From the human T2T-CHM13v2.0 reference genome, Homo sapiens, in the NCBI RefSeq assembly GCF_009914755.1, contig NC_060945.1: 64,000 nt of DNA; one strand, given 5' to 3'. Made by a program: the position numbers and the translations under genes. The notes under the pieces are model-generated. The model saw nothing but the letters and a program-made list of their open reading frames with translations, was not told where the DNA came from and searched no databases. Below are positions 15,268 through 30,960 of the stretch, piece by piece (position 1 is the stretch's first letter; the number at the start of each line of letters is the position of its first letter).

Positions 15268-15700
15268 CACTATCCAAATTCGTGAGCCTCAGTTTCCTCA
15301 TTTACAAAATTGATCATGATACCCAACTCACAGTGTTGTTATAAGGTTAAACAAAACCATGTATGTGATCTGTGCCTGCATGTAACAGACTTGCAATCAA
15401 TATTTTTTTGTAATAAATTGTTCCCTTGTCACTTTCCTTATGTTTAGGGCAAGAGTCTTGAACAAGCTCTTTGAACTATTGGCCAAATTTCAGGGTTTAA
15501 AAAACATTTCTGGTTTTTGTCGGTAAGTATGCATGCATTGTACTTTAATGGTTGATTCAATGCCAAGGTAAGTAAAAAAGGGTGGGGAAATGTTCTCTCT
15601 GTCTGTGTGCTTACATATTTGATTTGGTTTCTGCCTCCTCAACATTCAACATCTGTAATTTTAGCTTGTGGTTATTTTTTTTCTTTTAAAAAAGTTTAAA

Positions 15701-16003
<303 letters not shown>

Positions 16004-16637
16004 ATGTTGTTTCTTATGGCTTTCATGATTAATGCACTGGTTCACTCATTAGTTAATAATGCATTAGGAAAGCTCTCCTAAAACTTGAGTGCAGGGGAAT
16101 TTTGGAACCGATTTCTGCTGTTTAAAAGCATATAATCCACTTATGAAATTATTTATTTGGCCAATAATACTAAAGTCTTCTACAAGTTTGGTAAGAAATT
16201 TCTTCCTCCAGACTTAAATTCTGTGTCGTTTGACTCTGCCATGTGTTTCCTTTATGGACACTCTGTTTTTAATCTTGGTTAAAGGACAAATGTCATCTCT
16301 CCACAAACCATCATTTATCTGAATAAGAACATAGCCGGAGATGGGATTTGAGTGCCCCCAACCTAACTTATGAGTTAACCTTGCTCATGGATGATCAGTT
16401 GCCTTAAAAATCAATCTCCTGGATCTGTTTTTGTGTTTCAGCCTCAGGAAGAGACAGCATCTGTTCTGCAGAGCCTACTCTCTAGTCTGACAGCTTTGAC
16501 TTTTAGATGATCTCCCTCAGTAGTCCTTCATTGAAAATAAGAAAAGTCATTCATTTGTAAGAAAATTTGCTTTTTTCCCTTTCTTAGAACAAATACCAGG
16601 ATAGGTGTTGATGGGGGGCTGTTGAGGTTGGGAGGGC

Positions 16638-16840
16638 TGGAGGTGGGGTGGGTGTATGGATGGAGGCAGAGGCCATGTCCTTCTCACTGGAGTTAGGGTG
16701 GGTGTGTGGAGGGAGGCAGGGGCCATGTCCTGCTCACTGGAGATGGGGTGGGTGTATGGATGGAGGCAAAGGCCATGTCCTTCTCACTGGAGGTGGGTTG
16801 GGATGTGTGGAGGGAGGCAGAGGCCATGGCTTTCTCACTG
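16638..16840. repeat. 50-bp minisatellite, 4 copies, alternating A/B variants
   Basis: Units start at 16638, 16688, 16738 and 16788: tggaggtggggtgggtgt(a/g)tgga(t/g)ggaggcagaggccatgtccttctcac. Confidence 0.95.
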
Positions 16841-17900
16841 CCGCTACCCCCTACATGGCAGGGTGTTCTTGTCCTTGAATGGTCAACAACTCTGAGCTCT
16901 CACTGCTAATTTTGTGCTGAGTGGAAGTCTCTAAATATGACTTTATATGGAACGGTGTCTGGGCTCAAACTGTGCCTGGCTGGGGAGACCTTGTCTGCAG
17001 AGCCCTGCGAAGGGTCCAGCAGGCCTGGTGTATATCCCGTCTTGACCGCTGGGAGGCTGCCCAGCTGTGCAAAGCCACCCTAAGCTCTTGTCTTTCTGAG
17101 TCCTTAAGTGGGAGAAGAGGGTTTGTCAAATTAGCTGATTCTCAAGTCTTCAGTGATATATCATACTTAAAAAATGTTACAAAGGAAATTTATTCCTGCC
17201 TCCCCTCCATCTCCAATTTGTAGGCTTTATCCCTTTTCTGACTAAACTGCAAACCCCCAGCTCCAGGCAATTGTCCTGACCTGGAAGAACCTGTTTTGAA
17301 AGGTTAATGAATGAGTAGCGATCAGTGCTCTGGAAAGTCTGGGGGGATATCTGTTACTCCCCTAAAATCCAGTTCCTCCCAGGGCTGGACCACATTTCTC
17401 ATCCTCTTTGCATTGAGGGTTGGCCATGGTGATTGAGTCTTGGCCCATCTGGAGTTGAGTGTGTCTTCCTGGGCCATTGTCCTAAACAGTGGATGTGTCC
17501 CCTCCTTATGCCTTTGCCCCTTCTGTGGGGGACAATGAAGTCAAGAGGTGAAGGAGCCTGGATCCTGAGTCATGGGTGGAGAGCTGCTATCTATCTGTCT
17601 AGAAACCAGAAAAGCAATGATTGTGTTTGACCCATTATATATTTTGTGTCTGTTTTCAAATTGAGCCTTATCTCTAATGTTGTGGGAAGAAATATATGAC
17701 ACCTATAAGCAGATAGAAGAGTGGTCAGGGGGAATGGTTGTGGGAAAGAGCAAAGACAGAGAAAAGAAAGCCGAAGATGAATGTCTGGGTTTAGTGTTTG
17801 TAATGAATTAGTCTGGGGTTAATTAAATGCTTGTGTTTGTTATTAGGGGAAGAAATGTAATGCAATGCTACTTCATTGCCTTTAAAAACCAACAAAAAGT

Positions 17901-18149
17901 AAACACTGCATATTCTCATAGGTGGGAATTGAACAATGAGAACACTTGGATGCAGGGCGGGGAACATCACACACCGGTGCCTGTTAGGGGGTGGGGGATT
18001 GGGGGAGGGATAGTATTAGGAGAAATACCTAATGTAAATGACAAGTTGATGGGTGCAGCACACCAACATGGCACATGTATACCTATGTAACAAACCTGCA
18101 CTTTGTGCACAGGTACCCTAGAACTTAAAGTATAATAATAATAAAAAAA
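17901..18149 (+). mobile_element. 5'-truncated L1PA 3' UTR (L1PA5/6-like)
   Basis: 'ggtgggaattgaacaatgagaacac...gggtgcagcacaccaacatggcacatg...aacttaaagtataataa' plus poly(A). Confidence 0.92.
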
Positions 18150-19989
18150 TACAATAACAATGGGAAACAAAAAAACAACAAAAATTTCAAAACAAACAGA
18201 AAAAGCCAAACCTCCCTGGTAGTGTGTTTGGAAGGTGGCTCCGGTGGGTCCCTCCCAGGTGAGGCCGTGGGTGCAGGCCAGGTGCATCCATGGGGAGATG
18301 GGGAGGGAAGGCTGGGCCTTGCATCATGGCAGCTGGTGGGATGAACAGGCATGGAGTTGAGAGAAATAAAAAAAGCCAAGGAAATGTGAGAGTTCTGGGA
18401 GAGAAGAGATGAAGGAGGAGCCCCGAGGGGCCAGGAGGAGGAGAGGGTGTGGGGTATGGGGTGGGTGAGAGCAAAAGAGGGGCCAGAGCCTCAGGGCTGT
18501 GTCCAGAGTCATCACAGGGAATGGGGCTAGGGAGAGAGGGCGAGTCCAGGTCTGAGCAGGGAGCGGCGGCTCAGCACTCACTGGCATGCATGCAGATGTT
18601 GCAGGGTAAATATAGAAGGAAATGGTGATCACATTTTGTGACGTTTCTTTCTTTCTCGGAATCCCAGGTGTGAATTTGAGCGGGGGATCTGAATCGCATC
18701 TCCAGGAGCATTTTGAGCTGCTCCGTAGGGCAAGTTGCAGCTGTGGTTGGGAGAGCAGACATTTCTCCCATGTTACTGCACAGCTGATGACACAGGCAAC
18801 TTCTTACCACCAAGGATAATGTAGAGGGGGTACACCCTCTGTTAACCATGAAATGCTGCACAAATGTGCAAAGGGACCCAAAGAATGGCGCTGAGAACTT
18901 TGATGATTTACTTGACTTTGAGAGTAGCTTTTCAGGATTTTGGCTCAGAGTAAATGTGGGCCTGTGTGAAGGTCAGTTTTTCTCCTCCTCTCTTTTGTTT
19001 CTTTCTCCTTCTCTTTTAGAAAAATTATCAATTTACATGGAACTAGCTAAGGTACAAAATAGCCTCATGTTGAAATTTAATCTGAAAGAAATAATAATAA
19101 ATGACAGAGCCACAGCTGGGCGGAGCCTTGTCCTCGAATCAGTGGGATTGTGTTGTTGCATTTCAGGTACAGCTCTTGTTGCAGGGAAGCCTCCCCTGGT
19201 GGCCCTGGTCTGTAGTAGATGTTTCTTACATTTCAAGTTGTATATGAATTTTGCAGGTGAAACTTCCAGTATCCAAGAAAACATACAAAAAGTACTTTGA
19301 GACTTTTTAATGTCGTGGGGAAAACCTAGTTGAGAAAAACAGGATAGATCTCTAATGTACCTGCAAAGTCAAAGATTGGAAGGAAATACACCAGATGTGA
19401 ATGTTAATAGGGCAATTTTGGGTGGGGGGGTTCATGAGTACTTTTAATTTTCTTGTTAAACAAACATTTTTGAAATTTTCTAGAATACATTTATATTACT
19501 TTTATAATTAAAAAAACAAATTGCCAAACAACACATCGAGACACTCTAGATACCTGATTTAAGAAATGTATCACACAAAGAGCTAAATAATGATAAAGCA
19601 CTTGATCTGAAGGTATCCCATCCCATACAGCTGACAATTTAGAAACTGAGACATTTGCTTGACCTGAATCCAAGAAAATCGTAACTAAACCCTACAGGGT
19701 CCTTATTGGGGGTATGAATTAGAAGGAAAAATGAGAATGTATGCAAGTTTGAGGCAACTTGAGGAGTGAAACCTATAGGACAAGTCGAGTCAGCTATCCC
19801 TGTAACTGTCCAGGGGACCTTGAAGGAGGAGGGTGTCCAGGAGGCCTGGGGGCTGGGGGCGCTGTCACAGTGAGCTAAGGAGAACGGGACAGATGTCATC
19901 TTTCTCTTGGGTTTAACCAAGTGTCAGTTGTTTGGGCAGTGCCCTTAGTGACACAGAAGTGTGGTTTCTTCCTCATCAAAAATCACCCC

Positions 19990-21035
<1,046 letters not shown>

Positions 21036-21251
21036 CTCATTGGAAATAGATTTCCGCCGGTTGGAAGTAAGTTAAAACACTGTGGAAACAGAGATCAGAG
21101 AAAGAGGCACTGGGGAGGGTATCGGCAACATTACATTTCAATTTGTCTTGGGTGTAGAGCAGGATGGGTTAGCCCAAGGTAATGGTGAGTATGTGCTTGC
21201 TTCCTGATGGACAAAGACTGGGATGGTGGGGCATCTGAAAAGCAAGCACAG

Positions 21252-23266
21252 GAAGTCCTAGCCAGAGCAATCAGGCAAGGGAAAGAAATAAAATACATCC
21301 AAATAGGAAGAGAAGAAGTAAAATGATCTCTCTTTGCTGATAATATGATTCTATACCTAAAAAATACTAAAGACTCTGCCAAAAGGCTCCTGGAACTGAT
21401 AAACAACTTCGGTAGAGTTTCAGGATGCAAAAATCAATGTACAAAAAATCAGTGTCATTTCTATACACTAATAATGTTCAAGCTGAGAGCTGAATCAAGA
21501 ATAAAATCCCACTTATCATAGCCACACAAAAATAAAACACCTAGGAATATATCTAACCAAGGAGGTGAATGATCTCTACAAGAACTACAAAACACTGTGG
21601 AAAGAAATCAGAGATGACACAAATGGAAAAACATCCCATGCTCATGGACTGGAAGAATCAATATCATTAAAACAGCCATATTGCCCAAAGCAATCTACAG
21701 ATTCAATGCTATTCCTATGAAACTACCAATGTCATTTTTCACAGATTTATAAAAACTGTTCTAAAATTCATATGGAACCAAAAAACCTGAATAGCTAAAG
21801 CAATCGTAGGCAAAAAGTACAAAGCCAGAAGCATCACATTATCTGACTTCAAACTACACTATAAGGCTACAGTAACCAAAACAGCACGGTACTGGTACAA
21901 AAACAGACACATAGACCAATGCAACAGAACAGAGAACTCAGCAATAAAGCCACATACCTATAGCCATCTGATCTTTGACAAGGTTGACAAAAATAAGCAG
22001 TGGGGAAAGGACTTTCTATTTAATAATGGTACTGGGATAGCTGGCTAGCCATGTGCAGAAGAATGAAATTCAATCCCTACCTTTCACCATATACAAAGAT
22101 TAACTCAATATAGATTAAAAGTTTAAATGTAAGACCTCAAACTATAAGAATCCTAGGAGGAAACCTAGGAAACACCATTCTGGACATCAGCCTTCGGAAA
22201 GAATATATGACTACGTCCCTTGAAAACAATTGCAACAAGTCAAAAGTTGATACGCAGGCCCTAATTAAACTAAAGAGCCTCTGTACAGCAAAACAAACTA
22301 TCAACAGGGTAAACAGACAACCAAGGTAATGGGAGATAATATTGGCAAACTGCATCTGACTAAGGTGTAATATCCAAAATCTAAAAGGAATTTAATTTAA
22401 CAAGGAAAAAACAACCCCATTAACAAGTGGGCAACAGACATAAACAGACTTCTCAAAAGAAGACATACAAGTGGTCAACAAACATATGAAAAAATGTTTA
22501 ACATCTCCGATCATCAGAGAAATGCAAATGAAAGCCGCAGTGAGATACCTTCTCACACCAGTCAGAATGGCTATTATTAAAAAGTCAAAAAACAACAGAT
22601 GCTTGTGAGGCTGTGGAGAAAAGGGAAACTTATATACTGTTGGTGGAAATATAAATTAGTTTAGCCACGGTGGAAAGCAATTTGGAGATTTCTCAAAGAA
22701 CTCAGAGCTGCCATTCAACCCAGCAATCCCACTACTGAATATATTCCCAAAGGAAAATAAATTCTTCTACCAAGAAGATACATGCATTTGTATGTTCATC
22801 GCAGCATTATTCACAAAGAGTAAAGACATGGAATCAACCTAGGTGCCCATCATTGGTGGACTGGTTAAAGAAAATGTGGTACAATACACCATGGAATACT
22901 ACACAGCCATGAAAAGAATGAAATCACATCCTTTGCAGCATAGTAGGTGGAGGTCATTATCCCAAGTGAATTAACGCAGGAACAGAAAACCAAATACTGT
23001 ATGTTCTCACTTATGAGTAGGAGCTAAACACTGAGGATTAATGGATGTAAAGATAGCATTGGGAAACACTGGGGACTACTAGAGGGGAGAAGGAGGGACG
23101 GGCTCAAGGGTTGAAAACCTATTGGTACTACGTTCACTAAATGTGTGACAGAATGTTGTACTCCAAACCTCAGCATCAAGCAATATGCCCATGTAACAAT
23201 CCTGCACACGTACTCCTTGAATCTAAAATACAAATTGACTGATAGAAAACAAATAAAAAAAAAAAA
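21252..23266 (+). mobile_element. 5'-truncated L1 (L1PB-like), ~2 kb of ORF2 3' part and 3' UTR, inserted into an L2
   Basis: 'gaagtcctagccagagcaatcaggcaag' ORF2 sequence, disrupted frames, poly(A); TSD gaaaagcaag[c/a]acag at 21237-21251 and 23267-23281. Confidence 0.92.
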
Positions 23267-23544
23267 GAAAAGCAAGAACAGCATGTGTAAAAGTCTTTAA
23301 AGGCATGAAACAACTTTGGTTGGGAGTGGCACAGATTCTGCACTGCTGGTATGCGGTGTGCGTGGAGGAAATGAAGGGGAATGGGAAATGAGAAAAGAGA
23401 GGTGGATGAAGCCCACGCTGGGCCCTGAAGTCCTCTGTGCTAGACTAAGGAGATTGTTTTTAAACTGGGGAGTGATATGATTGAGTATTTTGAGTGTTTT
23501 AGAAAGGTCTCTGAAGAGCAGTGGTATGGAGTATAGATTAGATG

Positions 23545-23767
23545 CAAGGGTCGGCAAGCATTCTGTAAAGAGCCAGACGGTAAATACTTTTGCTTAGTCA
23601 ATGTGTTGCTTTCAGGAAACACAGGTCTCTGTTGCATATTAAAAAAAAAAACTTTTTACAACCCTTACAACACGCACAACTATTACTAGCTTTTAGCTCA
23701 TGGGTAACACAGGAAGCGTCTGCAGTCTGGCTTTGAGTCACTGGGCAGTCGGTTGTTGAAGGGTGCC
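23545..23767. mobile_element. MER58-like hAT-Charlie DNA transposon fossil within L2
   Basis: 'caagggtcggcaagc-ttctgtaaagagccagacggtaaata' start and degenerate inverted end. Confidence 0.7.
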
Positions 23768-24079
23768 TGTAGGAAGGAGAAATGGCCAGGTGCTGAAATA
23801 AGGAGGCAGCCATGGGAGTGAAGAGATGGCAGTGGATTTGGGGCTAAGAAGTAGAACTGATTTAAGTTGGAGACTAGTGAGTGTGGAGGGGAGTGGGCAG
23901 GAGAATGACCCAATGGCGGTTGGGTAGTATGGTGGTCGAGACAGGAAGAATGGATTTTGGATGGCAGAGGATCATGTTCGTTTGGGCATATTCAGTTTAA
24001 AGTATCTGCAGACATTCAGGTGAGTTCTCCTGTAGGCAACCAGGTGTGTGGGGCTAGAGCTGAGGGCGACCTGGACCTG

Positions 24080-25694
<1,615 letters not shown>

Positions 25695-26174
25695 TAGGGA
25701 TCTCTTTCTGTTTTATTCACTGCTAGAGCTCAGGCCCTGGAAAAAGCACGTGGTACATGGAGTAGGGCCACAGCACTTATTTATTGAATGAGTAGGTGTA
25801 TGTTTATTGACCTGGCAAATTGTCCATGCCACAGCATTAAGAGAAGCAGCAGCATAAGAAACATATCGTCTACTTTGCAAATATTGCCATCTTACAGTAA
25901 TGTGTGCATGTTTGTGAATGTGTGTGTATGTGTGTGTGTAAAGAATGAATGTTCTCCAAAGTATAAATTTTGATTAATCTCTGAGTTGTAAGTTTCTGTG
26001 GGTGTCTTTGCTTTCTCTTTTAATTCTTCTATTTAAAAATTTCCCCTAATATGCTTCTACCATCTAAAGAACCAGTAGGAAACATAAATCTATTTCTATT
26101 TTGAATAACCAAAACAAATGCTGCATAGAGCTACTGGGAGCTGTCCATTGGACTTGGCAATAGGGATTCACTAG

Positions 26175-26610
26175 TGTTGTGGATTGAAGGGTTCCCCTCC
26201 AAAGTTCATATCTACCCCAAACCTCAGAAGGTGACCTTATATGGAAATAGGGTCTTTGCAGATATAAATAAGGTAGGGGTCAATATATGATCATATGGAA
26301 TTAAGGTGGGCTCTAAGTCCAATTAGATGTCCTCATAAGAGACGAGCAGAATTCACAGGGACATGGAGAAGCAGCCAGATAAAGACAGAGGCAGAGACTG
26401 CAGAGATGTGGTCTCAAGGCAAGGAACACCCGGAGCCAACAGAAGCTGGAAGAGGCAAGGAAAGATTCTCCCTTTGAGCTTTTGGAGGGAGGGTGGCCTG
26501 CTGACACCTCGACTTTGGACTCTGACCTCTAGATTATGAGAGGATAAGTCTCTTTTGTTTTAAGCTGCCCAGTTCATGGTATTTGTTATGGCAACCCCTG
26601 GAAACTAATA
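26175..26610 (+). mobile_element. MaLR LTR (MLT1B-like) inserted in L2
   Basis: 'gtgaccttatatggaaatagggtctttgcagat...gaagctggaagaggcaagga...ttgttatggcaacccctggaaactaata'. Confidence 0.85.
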
Positions 26611-27309
26611 GTAGGGGTGACTTTGGTGATGGTGGTGTTGGTGGAGTGGTGGGGTCTAAGGCAGATTGCAGTGGGTTAAGGAGTGACTCACCTGTGAGGG
26701 AGTGAGGGACGGTGAGTGTAGATGAAGTATTTAAAGGCAGAGAGAGCTGGAGGGGAGCTGAATGGAGTGAGGACTCACGTGTGTGTGTGTGTGTGTGCAT
26801 GGATGTGTGTGCATGTGTGCACATGTGTCATGGGTGTATATGTGAACTGGGGGAGTTTTGAATACTTTTACATGTTGAGAAGGAGCCAAAAGGGTTTAGG
26901 TTGATGTTATAAGGAAGAGGGAGAGCCGGTTATAAGGAAGAGGGATAGTCGGGTGTTTGATAGAATAGAAGTCAAGACAAAATGCTGCTGAGACCTCTGG
27001 TAGGAGGGTAGGCTCAAATGGAAAAAGTGATGAACTTCATCCCAGAGTGGTGGCGAATATTTGGGAGGAACGGAGAAAGATGGGGGAGAAACAGAACCTT
27101 GGAGACAGTTCTCTTAGGGTTTGTATCACAAACAAGCCTCAAACTGGCTCATTTTTGAGTGTGAATTTCAAGAATGCTCTATTTCAGTTGATTCATTGAA
27201 TTGAATCTGCATCTAGCAACAACAACAACAACAACAAACTGAACTCAGCATAATCACAGATCAAGCAAAGCCTTCTGCATCTTGACTGGTCAAGAAAGGC
27301 ATATATAAA

Positions 27310-27793
27310 TGAGTATTTGTATATCCATGTTCATAGCAGCGTTATTCACAGTGGCCAAAAGGTGGTAGCAATTCGAGTGTCCATCAACAGAAAAATGGAT
27401 AAACAAAATGTGTTCTATCCATACAGTGGAGTATTATTCAGCCTTGAAAAGGAAGAAAATTCTAACACATGCTCCCACATGGGTGAAGCTTGAGGACATT
27501 ATGCTCAGTGAAATAAGCCAGACACGAAAGGACAAGTACTATATGATTTCACTTACGTGAGGTTCCTAGAATAGCCAAATTCATAGAGACAAAGCAGAAT
27601 GGTGATTGCCAGGGGCTGGAGCAGGGGGATTGGGGAGTTAATGTGTAATGGGGACAGTTTCTGTTTGGGAAGATGAAGAGTTCTGGAAATGGATGGTATT
27701 TCCATTTACCTTGAATGTATCATTGAAGTGTGCGCTTTAAGAATCGTTAAAATGATAAATTTTATGTTAGGTATATTTTACCACAATGAAAAG
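27310..27793 (+). mobile_element. L1MB-like 3' UTR fragment
   Basis: 'atgttcatagcagcgttattcaca...ttgaggacattatgctcagtgaaataagccag...tattttaccacaat'. Confidence 0.85.
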
Positions 27794-27999
27794 GAGATTG
27801 TGCTTAAACACAGAAAGCATAAATATATTTAAAATGAGAGATCAGCTTGTGACTGCATTCTTGTCTCATTGCAGGAAGAGCTTACAAAGAGCTACGATGC
27901 TATAGCTCCAGACTGAAAAATGGTGGGATTTTGCCATCATATTGATTCCTGCGATCTTGGATTTATAACCAGTTACTAGTTAGTGATGCCTCTGGGTAG

Positions 28000-28032
28000 G
28001 TATGTGTGTGTGTGTGTGTGTATATATATATG
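28000..28032. repeat. (TG)n(TA)n compound microsatellite
   Basis: Read directly. Confidence 0.9.
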
Positions 28033-28649
28033 TTTGAATTGCAAAGCAGATGTAGAGAAAAGCGTATGGAGAGAGACGCTTCCATTTTATGACCTAGACA
28101 CATGTGAGAGATAATTCAGAGCTGTAGTTACAAGTGGAACCAGAAGTTCAAAATCAGTAGTTTCCTTTTGGTCCCTTGCCCTGATGTTTATCCTTTGGCA
28201 TAAGTCCTTATCTGAAGTCTTGCCCATCAGCGACTGGTGATAACACTTGTCATTTGTGTCTGTGTTGTCATGTGAAGGTGAGCTGGTTTTGATTTGCTGT
28301 GTCCCTTGAGCTGTTGTGACTAGGGGAGACTATTCTAATCAGAATTCCAGACAGACCAGAAAGTTTGAAGTCATAGGTGTATGTGGTAGAACAGATCCTA
28401 CATCCCATGAGGACCTGGTGACAGCTTCTAAAGGGTAAAGGGTCCTATTAGCATTTTAGCTTGGGGACCCCACAATGTGAATTTAAATTTAGAATGTCTA
28501 GTACCCACTGCAAGGTCAAAACACTGATGTTGGCTGCTCATGGCATATGGCTGGGTAAAATGTGCAATTTCATTGCTTAAAGGAGATAAACGCCACGTCA
28601 CTCTGGGCTGGATAAAGGAGACAGATATTCAATACCCTGATTCTTCTTC

Positions 28650-28940
28650 TTTTTGGGGGGGGGCAGGGTCTCACTCTGTCACCCAGGCTGGAGTGCAGTG
28701 GTGCGATCACAGCTCACTGTAGCCTCAACCTTCTGGGCCCAAGCAATCCTCCCACCTCAGCCCCCTAAGTAGCTGGGACTATAGGCACGGGCCACCATGC
28801 CTAGCTAATTTTTGTACTTTTTGTAGAGACAGGGTCTTGCCATGATGCTCAGGCTGGTCGTGAACTCCTGAGCTCAAGCGATTCACCCACCTCAACCTCC
28901 CAAAATGTTGGCATTATAGGCGTGAGCCACCATGCCCAGC
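28650..28940 (-). mobile_element. AluJ with 15-bp TSD
   Basis: J-type 'gatcacagctcactgtagcctcaacc' and 'ctcaagcgatt'; TSD ccctgattcttcttc at 28635-28649 and 28941-28955. Confidence 0.93.
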
Positions 28941-29219
28941 CCCTGATTCTTCTTCAAAGCGATTTCAAGAATCAGGACTGTCTACAGTTAGTTAGAACCA
29001 TTAAGAACCTGTCATGACCATCATGTACAGCGATATAGGTTGTCCGCTAACAAAGATGCCCAGATGAGGGGAGAAAGAGGGTGGAAACCTAGTCAATGCT
29101 TCCCCTGCCAAGACACATGCCCGTTCACAGGGCTGAGTCCACCCAGAGGAAAGGGCACCTGTGGTAATTTGCACAAAGGCACTGTATGGGCTAGCAGCAG
29201 TCCTGCAACCTCAGATGTC

Positions 29220-30960
29220 ATTTACTTCATCCTCCTTTTTTTTTAGATGAACACATGAAGAAAGTGAGGCCCAGGGAAGCCAACAGATTTGCCAGGAGGC
29301 AGAGCTGGAGTGAGCTCCCAGACCTTGGGATCCTAGGCTGTCCGTTCCTCCTTCTGTGTTTCCCTGAAGCAGTGGCTGCTTCAGGCTATTGTCTTGCCCA
29401 GGGACTGTGGAGTTGGTGGTTTCCTTCTGAGAGCAACAAGAAATCTATTGCTCCTGATTCTTCCAGTGTGGAGCTTGGAGACAGCCAGTCCTGGGGAATC
29501 CCAGCTCTGCTGCCCACCAGCCAAGGGACCCGCAGCCTTAAGTCTTCATATGCAAAATAGGGTGAAATTTCCACCTTGCTGGGTTGCTGGGAGAATGAAA
29601 TGACATAATGAACTTTGGGAGCCTGGTGACAAGGTGCTTGGCTATAGTGCCTGGTGGGCCTGGGTTGGAATCCAGTTCTCCCAACTCCAATCTGCAAGTA
29701 TTTGTTCAGGCCACTTCTGCCTCAGAGTCTGTTTCCTCAACTGCATAATGAAAATAATAAGACCTACCTTGAAGAGTTACTGTGAGAAAGAAAAAAATCC
29801 TGCAAGGATGGCACCTGGTCCACAGCAGCCATTGAACAAATGACAGCAATTATGATAGTGTCTGGGTCGAAGAAGGTACACAATTTGTAACTACAATAAT
29901 CACTATTTTTATAAGCTCAACATTGTCCTGGAAACTGTGGGAAATCCAGAAATAATCTAAGAAACAGATGGGCAGACCCATCTGGAAGCTAAGAGCCTGC
30001 TTGGTAACACAAAACCTGCATAGTGCCCCATATCAATGTGCAGTTGCATTCTACACTGTGGACAAGAGGCCAAGAATGTTCTAGTGCATCAGAGACAGAG
30101 GCCAACGGTGGCTGGACTAATTGGCAAAGGCATCACAAAGGAGGTGGGAAATTATTGTGGCTCTGATGTGTGAAAGGGAAAAAGCCAACCCTTACTGAAT
30201 ATCTATTATGTGCCAAGTACTGGGCAGGGCACAACAGCCCACAGGGGGAGTATTGACCCGTCTTACAGATGAGGCAGTGGAGGTGCATAAGGTTCAGTCA
30301 CTTGCTGAAGCTTACATGTCTAATATTCGGTGGGGATAGGAGATTGAACCCTCCATCAAGTTGGTCCCATTCTGAAGCTTGTCTTCTTTCCTTTCTGCCA
30401 TTGCAGATAGATGAGAGAATGTGTGTGTGTGTGTGTGTGTGTGTGTTTGTGTGCCTGCATGTGTGTACAAGGTGAGAAAAAGTGGCAACAAGAAGAATCT
30501 TGCCTCACTCCTGTGTTAATAGAGTAAATTACCCCAGTGGAGCAGAAGAAGTGGAAATAATGGAGTGAAAGATTTAAGGGGCTTGTGTTTGGGATATGGG
30601 TCAACACTAGAGAGAGGATGCTGGGGATGGAGGAGAAGGGATAAGGCTAATAGAGAAAAAAAGACTTTCTAAGATTTGATGGCAGATTAAGATCTGGTAA
30701 GTGGGAAGATCCTGGTGTCTTACAAAATCATAAGTTGGGAAGGGGAACTCGCAGCTAGGGAATAGGATGAACATTTATTGAACACCTACTATGTGCCGGC
30801 ATTGAGCTTTGTAGCTTCACATCTGTTTTCAGCTTTATTCCCTCCCCTTAATAAATCTGTGTGGTAGGCAGCATCATTGATCTGAGAGAGGCTGGCTACC
30901 TTGCCCAAGGTTACACAGCTGCAATTGGGTTTGGTCTTGGGTGATTGCTCTAAGTCTAGG
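29220..30960. mobile_element. Cluster of MIR/L2 fragments with (TG)n at ~30420-30446
   Basis: MIR cores such as 'cctcagagtctgtttcctcaactgcataatg', 'ttacagatgaggcagtggagg' and 'atttattgaacacctactatgtgcc'. Confidence 0.6.
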
